From contig NIVC01002371.1 of assembly GCA_002269645.1 (NCBI GenBank), forward strand, positions 85,281 through 149,280: a stretch of DNA of 64,000 bases, written 5' to 3'. The translations under genes were made by a program, and so were the position numbers. Source of the stretch: Macrostomum lignano (taxonomy: Eukaryota). The notes beneath the pieces are model-generated. The model searched no databases and was not told the origin of the DNA. It saw only the letters and a program-made list of their open reading frames with translations. Shown piece by piece: positions 1 to 17,318 of the stretch (its first letter is position 1; each line of letters begins with the position of its first letter).

Positions 1-799
1 GGATTTTCGAATTGTAATTTAGAATTTAGGGTTGGAAGGGAACTGGGGTAGTGGGGGGAACAAAATCCCGGGATTGTATTCCCTAGTTGAGACTCTAAAA
101 ATTAGGGTTCTGTAGAATTCTCATCTATTAGCGTTGCGACTTGCTTAGTTTAGTCATCTGCATTCACTTGTCTCTGTTTACGATCTGTTTCCTCTCCTCT
201 GTCTAGCCCAGTCTTGTTATTCTTTATCTCTCTCCCTCGATGCCTTCTGATTGGCTCTTTAACTCGCCTCTTTCGTTCGTCGCGCACCTCCACCCCCTCC
301 TTTTCTTATCTTCCCTGACCCCCCCTAATTGAGTTATATATTGGGCGTTTCACACACCGGAAATTTCACAAACCCGAAGTTTAAAAAAGCCATAAACCCG
401 AGGTACAGCTCTGCCACATATAGTCTATGGTAAAATTATAGTACTGAATGTGCTGCCCATATAGCAGGGGTAAATAAAATACTGTTAGCTCTTAGTTAGC
501 TCGTAGTTTTTTAAAATTTGATTAAAAAAACACGAATATTATAACTGCATGCAATCGATTAATACATGTACATTATTATTTTGGTTCCGACCATAGACAA
601 GTAGAAGCAGCAACATCCAGACTTTCGTAAATTATTCATACATGTATATAGAACAACTTTACCCACAAACAAAAGGCAAATCGACAGTAAACCCTGTAAA
701 CTGTCAGTCATGTCAAGTCAAGAACAATGATAAATTCTTAAGTCGGTATTAATGGTTTAGTCATAGCTATAGTACTCATGACCATGCAGGCGGGCTGCC

Positions 800-1072
800 T
801 CAAGGTACGCATTTGCCCTTCCTCGATGACGGTCTCGACCGTTTGCACTTCTCCGAGCAACAGCTGTAGTCGGTATCGCACATACGGCCATTATAGATGC
901 AGTAATGCCGACAAGCGCGCGATCCAAAACCTGCTTTGGCGGGTGAGTAGTAGGGGATATCAGTGAGAAAAATTTGCGCAATAGTTTATATAAATTACAA
1001 ACACATCTAAGATTTCTAACTAAACTTACCAAAGACCATGACAATGGCTAACAGCATTATGAAGTACTTCAT
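800..1072 (-). CDS. Small secreted cysteine-rich peptide with inhibitor-cystine-knot (knottin) spacing, 57 aa, 2 exons
   Basis: Exon 1 is 1072-1030 (ATG...TTT G|GTAAGT); exon 2 is 930-800 (AAGCAG|GT TTT...CCT TGA); phases match. Protein MKYFIMLLAIVMVFGFGSRACRHYCIYNGRMCDTDYSCCSEKCKRSRPSSRKGKCVP has a hydrophobic signal-like N-terminus and C-x6-C-x5-CC-x3-C-x11-C. Confidence 0.8.
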
Positions 1073-1173
1073 CGCGAAGAAGAATGGCTGCTTGCTGATT
1101 TATTGCTCTGTTATAGATAGCGAAATCTGTCCAAAGTAGCGCTGAGCAGAGAAATGTTTCAGTAAATTCCAAA

Positions 1174-1181
1174 CTTATATA
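1174..1181 (-). promoter_or_regulatory. Candidate TATA box of the knottin gene
   Basis: TATATAAG on the minus strand about 100 nt upstream of the ATG at 1072. Confidence 0.4.
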
Positions 1182-2428
1182 GCCTCCGTGTAGCGAAAAC
1201 CCAGATCAGAACTTGGTGTTGATTTGTCTATGGCCCCCGCCTAAAATGCGACTGCCGCTTCCTTAGTTAAATCACCCTACACGTACTTCTTTCAAGTTAG
1301 CAGCCAATCGGGAAGTCGGATTAATCTTTATTTTGCAAGCTGCGTCGTCTATGGCCGGGTTAAGTCAGTTCAGGATTAAATACATGTGTGTACATACGAT
1401 TAGTTCAACTACTCTATAGTTTTAGTCTATGGGTGAAATAGCGAATTTTTATCAGATAGATACCGCGTACATTCATGCTGTCCCAATTATTGAATTTAAA
1501 ATTATTTAGAATAAAAAACTCTAATCAAAGTTACAAGCCCCGTGCAGCTTTAATATTCCCTAATGTATATTTCTCCAACTTGTTTTACTGCAAATATTCA
1601 ACGCCATTTACAGTACACTGATGAATGTCGATCTTAGGATTGTCATGTCAGTCCTAATTTGTCATATAGTTTGTCATCTACTGTTTGTCTGCATTTAAAA
1701 AAATTACATTGACATTCATTGCCAATAACACTGACAATACAAAAATCATACATACAGTGACTTTTTATTTTGTTCTTCTTTGAATCAATTGTATTCAAAA
1801 TGCAAAATACAGTGTACTCGATCTAACAGACAAATTTGTGTAGGTACATGTATTAATTCCATTTCGATGCATAAAGTTCCTACACACGTTCCTAAGTTCC
1901 TATATATATATTCATAGTTACTGCATATAACTTTATGGTCTCCAAAAAATGACACGACTTTTTGCGTTTTACGTCCTACTTGTGGTCCTTTATGCAGTAT
2001 ACATGTACAAGAAATTCGAACTTATATTATTAGTACATGCATATAATTACATTAGGGCCAAGAATCCCGTAGGATAAACCACTAATGCTTACAAGCTTTA
2101 TGTAACATTTTCAAGACAATTGAAAAAATGAAGTCATGGCTTAAACTCATAGCTTAAATAAAAGAGAAAAGATTGCGGACTATAATTGTAAATTTTTTAT
2201 ACAGTATAACAAAACGTTTGTCACAGTTTGAAAACTATGATTGAAAACATGAAGAAACTTAATGCTCATGGTGATTTTTTAAAGTTTAGTTTAAAGTTAA
2301 TCAAAAAATTCTTATTATTACGTTTGTATTCCATAACAATGTTTGCAAATTTGAATACGTCAGAACTCTTTTTTCTTTTATACTTAAAAGGCAAATTGGA
2401 TTACCACTGAACGAAGAAACGCTTAAAC

Positions 2429-3309
2429 ATGGACGCTAAATCAAGTGAGTATTGCGCTTTGCGATATATTATCGTTTAGACTATTATCCGAAAGAGTTTG
2501 TTTAACGTTGATACTACTCTATGTGAATGTACTGGCACTGGGCTTGGTCGCTGGAACTGTGCTCTCGAAATGAGCCATTTTTGAAACCTTATTTTGCAAT
2601 GAATGTAAGAATGAAACCAATCTGTGATTTTTATAGTCCTAACACCAAGCTCGTATTGCTGTGGCGTGGACGAATAACAAGTGCCTTGAATTTACTTGTT
2701 GATCTTAAATGTAGGCCAAAAATTTTCTGAAAAAAAATCAAAAGTTTTTCTTATTTTTTTCATATTTTCTTAACATTTTATTTAATGTTTTTAAGAAAAA
2801 GTACTGGAGTTTAAGGTAGCAATATTCAAGCTGTAAATATTTTATAGCTTTGTTATTTTCAATTTTAGCTTACAACATTTTTAGTATATGGATATTATTC
2901 TGAAGCTGATGAATGATGTAACAAAATAAAAATTACTAACTTTTTAGACACAGATTCAACAGCGGAACCTGCTGCTGCCCCCGCACCAGCCGTCACTGGA
3001 GACCCAGCCGATGCCAGTCAAGATCAGCCCATGCCAGCAGCTGAGCAACAGCAGCAGCCACCCACAGTGCCTGAAGGCCTAGCTCGAATGTCAGATGCTG
3101 AACATGCTGATGCTGCTGCAAGTGCTTCAGCCAAGAAGCCTAGAGTTGCAGTTCAAGCCCTGCCAACCCGAGCCTACCTGGACCAGACAGTGGTCCCTGT
3201 GCTGCTGCAGGGCCTGGCAGTGCTATCCAAGGAGCGACCACCAAATCCAATTGAATATTTGGCTGCTTTTTTGCTCAAGAATAAGGATCAGTACTCCGCA
3301 GACAAGTGA
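2429..3309 (+). CDS. DPY30: Dpy-30 homolog (COMPASS/SET1 complex subunit), 2 exons
   Basis: Exon 1 is 2429-2444 (ATG GAC GCT AAA TCA A|GTGAGT). Exon 2 is 2948-3309 after TTTTTAG, with an alternative in-frame acceptor at 2953. Dpy-30 motif [42 protein letters not shown]; AATAAA near 3397. Confidence 0.93.
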
Positions 3310-4186
3310 ACTCAGCTGGATTTTGCTGAATTCTTTGTTACATTGATGGGCATCACTCTGGTTGACTGGTGGGGAATAGGTCTTGAATGATAATTAAATA
3401 AAACCAATTAAAATCTCTGCCTTTAATTGCATGGCTAAACATTCTAATAAGTTGCTTTTTAAAAGTAAATAACTGACTGACGGACTATTTTTCTAATTCA
3501 AAACTTACATACATGCAGTTTATTTTGTACCACAATAAAAAAAATTAACTGTTTCTTTTTGAAAAGTAATTTGTCAAATTAAATAAATTTACTTGTTTCT
3601 TAGTTATTAATTAATTTAAAACTATAAATTTAATGAACCACTATTAAATCTTATAAAGTTAGTTCTACTAAATTTTTATGTTTGTGTAAGAAAAACGAAA
3701 AAATTATTTATACCTCCAATCAGATTATTTTTTAATATTCTAACAACTTGAGAACAACCTATAATTTGCATACTGTACTCATTTTAAGTGCAAAAATATA
3801 ACAGAAGCTTACTAAAGTGCAGCAGTCTATATTATTTTTAAAGAAATGCGAAGCTTGAGTTTGGAATTAAAACGACTAGGTCTGCAAAATTTAACTAGAT
3901 TTATAAAATTTAAAGATAATAAATCGATGTATAAAATAAAGTTCTGTTTTTAGAATGATTTTAAAGAAATTAGAAATTCTTCAAATCTCGGTACATATTG
4001 CGTTGCCTACAACTGTTTAAACTAAGCAAAACAATAAAAGCATAAAGCTTAGAAGAGATTTAACATTGCAAGAATGAATTCAGCATTGATTGCATAATTT
4101 GGATGAAAAATATAAAAAGTGATGAACTACTTGAACAGCTTTCATTAAAAAGCATTAGAGGGTATAAATTGAAATTGTGCCACTAA

Positions 4187-4347
4187 AGTCACTCACCCCT
4201 GCTGAAATCACTCAGCCTCTGAGGTCACTCAGCCCCTGAAGTTACTCAGCCCCTGAAGTCACTCGATCAGCCCCTTAAGTCACTCGATCAGCCCCTGAAC
4301 CTGAAATCCCTCAGCCCTTGCTGAAGTCACTCAGCCTCTGAAGTCAC

Positions 4348-4360
<13 letters not shown>
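4187..4360. repeat. Imperfect ~17-bp tandem repeat (AGTCACTCAGCCYCTGA) overlapping the LRRC73 stop codon
   Basis: About 9 visible degenerate copies; the last copy supplies codons SFRG and the TGA at 4350-4348 on the minus strand. Confidence 0.8.
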
Positions 4361-10718
<6,358 letters not shown>

Positions 10719-12539
10719 CTGAAATAACAAATTGTTTTCATTTTGTACATTTGCTTGCTCTTAGTAGGGGGTTAATAAGAATTTGTAGACTAAGTACCTC
10801 GAGAAAATATATTTCTTACAATGTAATAGCCTAAAGTGCACAAATATGGTGCAAGGTACTACAAAATAAGTATTCAAATCTAGACTTTCAAACTATTATG
10901 ATAAAATATAAAGTATTATTCTTTGCATTTAAGTTGCTAAAATATGGATATAGTAAAAATTTTTACACCTTCAGCACCTTTTTAAGCAAGAAATTTTAGA
11001 TTTTTATATATTCATAAAATTTATATCTAATATACTGGTATATATTTTTTTAAACAATAAAGCTACAGTTACTTAGGCACACTATACCTCAAAGAAGTAT
11101 CTTAATTGATTTTTATTAGCACCCTAAATAAGCTTAATGAGATTATCATTGCAAATTTATTCTTTTAAAAACATTTTAGTTTCTTTGTAATTTTTGTGGC
11201 TCTGTATACATACTTTTATATAAATGACATACATACAAATACTAACATATGAAACTATTTAAAATGCTGAAGAATAATATTCTATCGTGTATATAGTTGT
11301 AAAATATTTGGTACGTTAGGAACTATTATACATCAAGGTTAAGGTTAGTAAACGTAGAGTTAAAAAACGAATGTGAATGTCTAATAACAGTGGTGGGAGC
11401 CGGAGGAAGACGAAATGACTAATAGAAATATAGCTTTTAATATAAGGAGAAATGTTTAACAAGGGTAGATAAAACTATACACGAAACATTGAATGGTGAC
11501 AGTTTCTTCTTTTATGGCATAGAATTTAGTTAATAGACGAATACTACGTTTATAGACATTCTGATTTCTAACCTGGTTAATAATAATCAAGCAGGTTAGA
11601 TCAAGTTGTTTTCTTATGAAAACATTCATTTAAAAATGTAACATTGCAAAAGGTATAACAAATGTTTTTTGCATTTTTAATTTTAAAATTTACTAAAGCA
11701 GAACATTTACCTTCTTAATCTACTTCCATTTTTTGCTTTAAATTTTTTCACTATTTATTGAGTTCTTGACACCTGTTGGCGTGTTGCCACTTGCCTCCTG
11801 TTTGTGAAAGACAACTTAGCAAGATAGTATAAAATAGAATCTGGAAAACGGCCTTAGACTCTAGAGCTAGAGCAAAAGTCCTTTTGCTAATAACGACCTA
11901 GTTTCAGCGAAGTGGGTTTCGGTGAAGCATTTTTTGGCAAAACAACCTGTTAGTTTTTAATATATTTTTTGGTAATATAGCCTCTATTATATTATAGGCC
12001 CAAGGCCCTATTTGTGTAGATAACTTGCAATTTCAAAATGAGAAAAAATGTAGGCAGGCACCCTATATTATTCTATTATAATAATTTAACAGTATTGCTC
12101 TGTTTTTTTAATAAGTATAATACAACTATGGAAAATAAGTTTCTAATCTATCAAATCAAACAGTAAGTAACATGATTCTAACTTAAGAAGATTCCTAGGG
12201 GCCTATTGCTTTAAAATTTAACCTTATATTATAATAAAGATTCAAGATGTATGCTAACCAGGTATAAACTTATTTAAAATATAATAATGTTTTTAAAATT
12301 TAGGATTTTTGTTTGGCAAGAATTAATCTTTGGCTAGCTAACTAGCTTGCCATATATAGAATAGTAGGCAATATTTGTCTATAACATGGTGATATGAATC
12401 ATGATAGAGAACTTTAGCTTTTGGCATTTGCTTAGGCCTATTTATATCCTTTGGGTTCTTTAACTCCTTTAAAAATCATTTGCACACACTTTCTATTTTT
12501 TTATTGCTTTATTTCCTCACCTTTATTTTCTTATCTTAG

Positions 12540-13802
12540 GCCTATTTATCTATCAGTATTGGCCTATTATCTCATTTTCTTTTCTTTTTTTCTTTGACTT
12601 TAGTTTTTACTTCCATTTTCTCTCTTATCTTTTCTTATATCTTTTTTTCTTCTCTTTTCTCTTCTTTTTTCTCTTTGCTCTTTCCCTTTTCATCTCTTTT
12701 TTCTTAGAGTTTTTGACCAAAAGTGCTACTTAGGCCTATCTAAAAAGTAAACCAAAGCAAAAATTAATGTAATTTTAATTTTGGGTAAATAAAGGTAATA
12801 TTTATGACTATACAAGCTGTTGAAACCTGTAGATTTTGAATTAGGGGAATTCCAATCCCCAGAAATGTTTTTGCACATATTCTTAAATCTGAGGCAAACA
12901 AAAACTTGTTAATAGTTATAATAAGATAGAGGTCAATATAAAATGGAGTACATCTGTGTATAATTAAGATTTGAACCAAACATTTGATATTGTTAGCTAG
13001 GGTGTTGCGTAGAATATCAGGTAATGTCTGTCTGACTCTAAAAATATATTTTGGCAAACTCTGGCCTCTGTGCTCTGATTGTCCCTACATTCCTTGGATC
13101 CTTTGAAACTTATATCTTCTCTCATACATGCCCAACCTCAAAATTTCACCTGTCCAATGTGACTTAGTTCCTCTTGATTGCAACTTAGTTCCCCTGATTG
13201 CAACTTAATATTCCATTTGTATATGAATTTTTTTGCCCTTTTCTCTTTTCTTTTCTTTTTCTTTCTCTCTCCTCTTTCCCTCTCTCTTCTCCCTCCTTTC
13301 TTTTTCTTTTTCTTCTCCTTTCTTTCTTACAATTTTTCCTTTTTTGCATTTTTAATTTTGCGACTTACCTTGGCTGGCGGCTATTTTACCTGTCCAGTTC
13401 AAATGGGTCAGATGGGTATTGGGCATATATGTATTCTCTTCTGTTTCCTCTCTTCTCTCATCCCTTGTTTCTCCTTTCTTTTCTTTCTTCTCTCATCTTT
13501 TCTTTTTTTCTTCTTTCCTATTTTCTCTTGTATCTTCCCTCATCTCTCTTCTCTTTTATCTCTCTTATCTTATCTCTTCTCTTCTTTTTCTCTCCTCTTC
13601 TCTCTACTCTTTTCTCTCTTCTGTCTTTCCCTCTTCTCTCATTTCTTCTTTCTCCTCTCTATTCTTTTCTCTCTCTCCTCTCTCTCATCTACTCTCTCAT
13701 CTCTCCTTTCTCCTCTATTATGTCTTCTAATTTCTCTCTGCTCTCTACTCTCTTCTCTCCCCTTTTTCTCATTCCTCACTCTCCTCTTTCTCAACATTTC
13801 CC

Positions 13803-13900
<98 letters not shown>

Positions 13901-14520
13901 TTTCTCTCTTCTCCATTCTCCTCTTTCCTCTCTTCTCTCCTCACTAACTTCTCTCTCCCTTTGTCTCACCTCTCATCTCTTATTTCTTATCTCTCCTCTT
14001 TTCTCTCCACTCCCATCTCTCATCTGTTCACTCTCGTTTCTGTTCTCTCATCTCACCTCTCTCATCTGTCATCTTTACTCTCTTATACTTGTATGTTCTC
14101 TCTCTCTACCTCATCTCTATCTTCTCTTTTCTTTCTAAACTCTCTCTCTTATCTCTATCTCCTCTTTTCTTTCTCAACTCTCTCTCATCTCCATCTCCTC
14201 TCTTCTCACTCCTCTCTCTCCCCACTCTCCCCCCCCTCTTATCTCCTCTCTTCTCTATCCTTTCTAATCTCCTCTCAATCCTCATTTATCTCCTCTCTGC
14301 TCTCTCATCTCTATTCTCTTCTCACTTTTATCTACTCTTATCTCTCATTGATCCTCTGTCTCATCTCTCCCCTCTTCTCTCTCCCTCTTCTCACCCCTAC
14401 TCTTTTCTCTCTCTCCTCTCGCTTCTTCCTCTCCCATTATCTGCTCTTTCCTCACCCCCTCATCTCTCCTTTTATCTTCTATCTTTTCTCTTATCCTGCT
14501 CTCACCTCTCCTCTCTTCTA
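12540..14520. repeat. CT-rich low-complexity (polypyrimidine) region including a perfect (CT)n near 13806-13900
   Basis: Direct reading. Confidence 0.95.
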
Positions 14521-14570
14521 ACAGTTCATATATCTTCTAGGTTGCGCCCAAGCATGCTATTCCTTCTTTT

Positions 14571-14790
14571 CCACTCTGATCTGGCCCACAGCCATGAGCT
14601 GGATTCTTTATCTGGCCTTTGAGGTTAAAGTCTACCAATCCCTGCTTCAAAAGCCAGTTTGTGAGATGTAGTACTCTTATGGTTGTTATCATTTCTCATG
14701 CTTTAATCACGTCATCTTTCTGGCCAATTAGTAGCCCTAAGAGGAGTTTGTGTATCTCCAGCTCTACCACAGTTTGCAGCAGTCTAACAA
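14571..14790. repeat. Diverged ~220-bp dispersed module, copy A (copy B at 16920-17150)
   Basis: Shared blocks CAGCCATGAGCTGGATTCTTTA, AAAGCCAGTTTGTG, AGTACTCT and CATCTTTCTGGCCAATT...AGCCCTAA. Confidence 0.8.
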
Positions 14791-15229
14791 CCAAGGAAAT
14801 ACAGTTTGCATTTCTTAAGGAGGCCATTTAAATTTTGAGGTACCTTTATGTAAAACTTAATGTTAAAATTTTCATGGTATAACTAATCTAGTAGGATTGC
14901 ATTGCAATCAGTTATTCATTTAGTCTTCACTATTATTTTTACAAACCATCCCGCATTGCCTTAGTTTGCCATCCATTGTTAAACTGCTGTAGGCTTTTCT
15001 ATACAGAGGACAGTGATTTGAATCTCTTGCTTAACTGTCATGGCTAAACGTAGCCTTTCCACGCGTGGGGGTGCAGAGAAGGCTATTAAGCCTCTCTTAA
15101 TACATCAAACAATGCACAAACAATAGAAAAAGCAGACAAACTTCACATGCTTACAGTTTCTGTTCCAGTTGAGTTACAGAGTTAAAACTTTACATTTAGA
15201 CAGAGAATGAGTCAATGAATAATTGTATC

Positions 15230-15745
15230 AAGTTTGAAGTCAATTGCTTCATGTGGAACAAACTTATGGCAGCCAAAAAATTAGTTAATTTTGAAACCCC
15301 TTTTACATATCTGGGTCCAGATCGGGAAAGAGAGGCAGGTGGGCGAAGGTTGGGGTGACTGTCTCACTGACAAAGAACAGCCTAAATTTAAAAGTGCACA
15401 GTGCCATTCAGGATTAACTTTGAAACTCGAAATTTTACACAATTGTGTCAAAATAATTGAAGATTGTCTGTGTCAAATTTGAAAAGAATCAGTAGAAGTG
15501 AAGCGGCGCTATGGAGGATTAAGTGAAAAATGGTGCATTTTGAGCAGTTTGTTGCACTTTTCGGTAGGAAGACTTGGATTTAAGAAATTTAAAGGTAGCC
15601 TAAGACATTCTCCATAGTGAGTTTAGGGTGCGTGTAAAAATTGGTGTCATTTGGTTGAGTGGTTTGGGAGTCCATAGCAATCAAAATTGTACACAGACAG
15701 ACAGATTCATACACAGACAGAGTTTACATTTTTATAGGTAGAGAT
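15230..15745 (+). mobile_element. Probable Helitron/Helentron-associated non-autonomous element (Lep1/HINE-like 3' end)
   Basis: AAAATTGGTGTCATTTGGTTGAGTGGTTTGGGAG...ACAGACAGACAG...TTTACATTTTTATAGGTAGAGAT followed by T; this layout resembles ACAG-microsatellite-bearing Helitron derivatives as recalled. The 5' end is undefined. Confidence 0.4.
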
Positions 15746-16368
15746 TATTATTAGTAAGCCTACTATTAATTAGTACTACATCTATATATTTTTGGATAGG
15801 CCTAGGCATTATTGCAATTTATTTTAGCTAGACCCTTTGCTAGCTAGCCAGATTTGCTAGATATGTATGTTTTTAGTATTTATTCACCTCTTTTCTCTTT
15901 TCTAATCTCTTTCCACTCTTTTTTCTCTTTTCCTTATTCTTTTCTTTGCCGTTATTTCTCTCTTTTCTCTCTGCTTTTTTATCTTTGTTCTCTTTTATTT
16001 ACTTTCTACTATCTCTTCTCTCTTCTCTCCTTTCCTATGCTTAGACACAACCTAGGGATTCACCTGGCCATTTCTTTTGGTAACACACACACACATGTAA
16101 GTCTTAGCTGCAGGGCTGTCCCAGAGGGGACACAGCGGGAAGGCGCGGGCGCCCATTCCGCTACACATGTAAGTCACTATTGGACAGAATAGTCACCTGA
16201 CTATTCTCAGCTAATAGCAACTTACACATTTATGATATTCTTTCCTTCTTTCCTCTCTTCTTTCCCCTCTCCTCATTCCCCTCTTCTATCCCCTTGTATC
16301 TCCTCTCCTTTCTCCCCTCTTTTCTTTCTCTCTCCTCATTACCTCTTGCCTCTACTCTACTGGCGGTA

Positions 16369-16872
16369 CAGTATCTCTGGCTAGGGGGGGGGGGCAGTAG
16401 TTAGGTGGTAACCCCCTTCCCTATCAATCATAACTAAACAAATAAAAACATTTGAATTAGAACACAAATTTTCTAAGAAAGTAAAAAATTACAAACAAAT
16501 TATGACTAACTTTTTACAAAACAAAAGTACAACATAAAAATTCTTATAAAAGTGCATTTTTAATCATTGATGCAAGTTGCATAGCAATGGTGACCATCTG
16601 CCCTCCCTTCTTAAATATACTTTCTGAAATACACCCTTTAAAATGTTGATAAAAATAAAACCCCCAAAATAAAAAATAAATAACAAAAATTTTAATATTT
16701 AGGAAAAATTGATTTAATTTATTTTCAAAAAATCATGATGCAAAAGGAAAAATTTTTTATAGGGTCTTTTCAAGGGCCGTGGGAATGGTGGAGTGGTCAC
16801 CCCCTTGAGGCAGTGACCTGTGGTCACCCAGGGCAGCTGCCCCCCTGCTCCCCCCCCCTTGCGCTGCCACTG
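16369..16872. mobile_element. Possible MITE with imperfect G-rich terminal inverted repeats
   Basis: Left end CAGTATCTCTGGCTAGGGGGGGGGGGCAG; reverse complement of the right end CAGTGGCAGCGCAAGGGGGGGGGAGCAG; AT-rich interior. Confidence 0.3.
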
Positions 16873-16919
16873 CTCTACTCTCTTTTCTAATTGTCTACTT
16901 CTTCTCCTTTGACCTTTCC

Positions 16920-17150
16920 CCACTCTTATTTGACCTACAGCCATGAGCTGGATTCTTTACCTGGACCTTGAGGTAAAAATCGACCAACTCCTGCTTTGAA
17001 AGCCAGTTTGTGGGGCAGTACTCTCATGTTTTTTTTATTTTATTGGCTGTTTGCTAACTACTTGGTTAACATCATCTTTCTGGCCAATTTGCAGCCCTAA
17101 TAGGAAATTTTGTATCTCACAGCTCCATTGGAGCAGTCTAACAATCTGCA
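16920..17150. repeat. Diverged dispersed module, copy B, just upstream of DUSP12
   Basis: Aligns by eye with 14571-14790; both copies are preceded by CT-rich sequence. Confidence 0.8.
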
Positions 17151-17318
17151 AACAACCAGCAAAACATAACATCTTATTACATGTATGTATATTGCTTTAA
17201 AAACAATTTTTTGTGGTTCAGCTTGAGACAGACTTGCATGTATAACAATGCTCATTGTCACATTGAACACATTGAAACAATTGAATGCATGATCTCAAAG
17301 CAAACAATGTTTAAAAAA

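Noticed and set aside
757-1044. 95-aa minus ORF and 62-aa plus ORF in the track
   Set aside because: They are alternative frames or the antisense of the spliced knottin gene; the Cys-rich frame with signal peptide and canonical splice sites explains the region better.
13362-13380. ACTTACCTTGGC resembling the U1 snRNA 5' end, or an LRRC73 first exon
   Set aside because: No further U1 similarity. As a minus-strand donor it gives a phase-1 ATG exon that cannot join the phase-0 LRRC73 exon.
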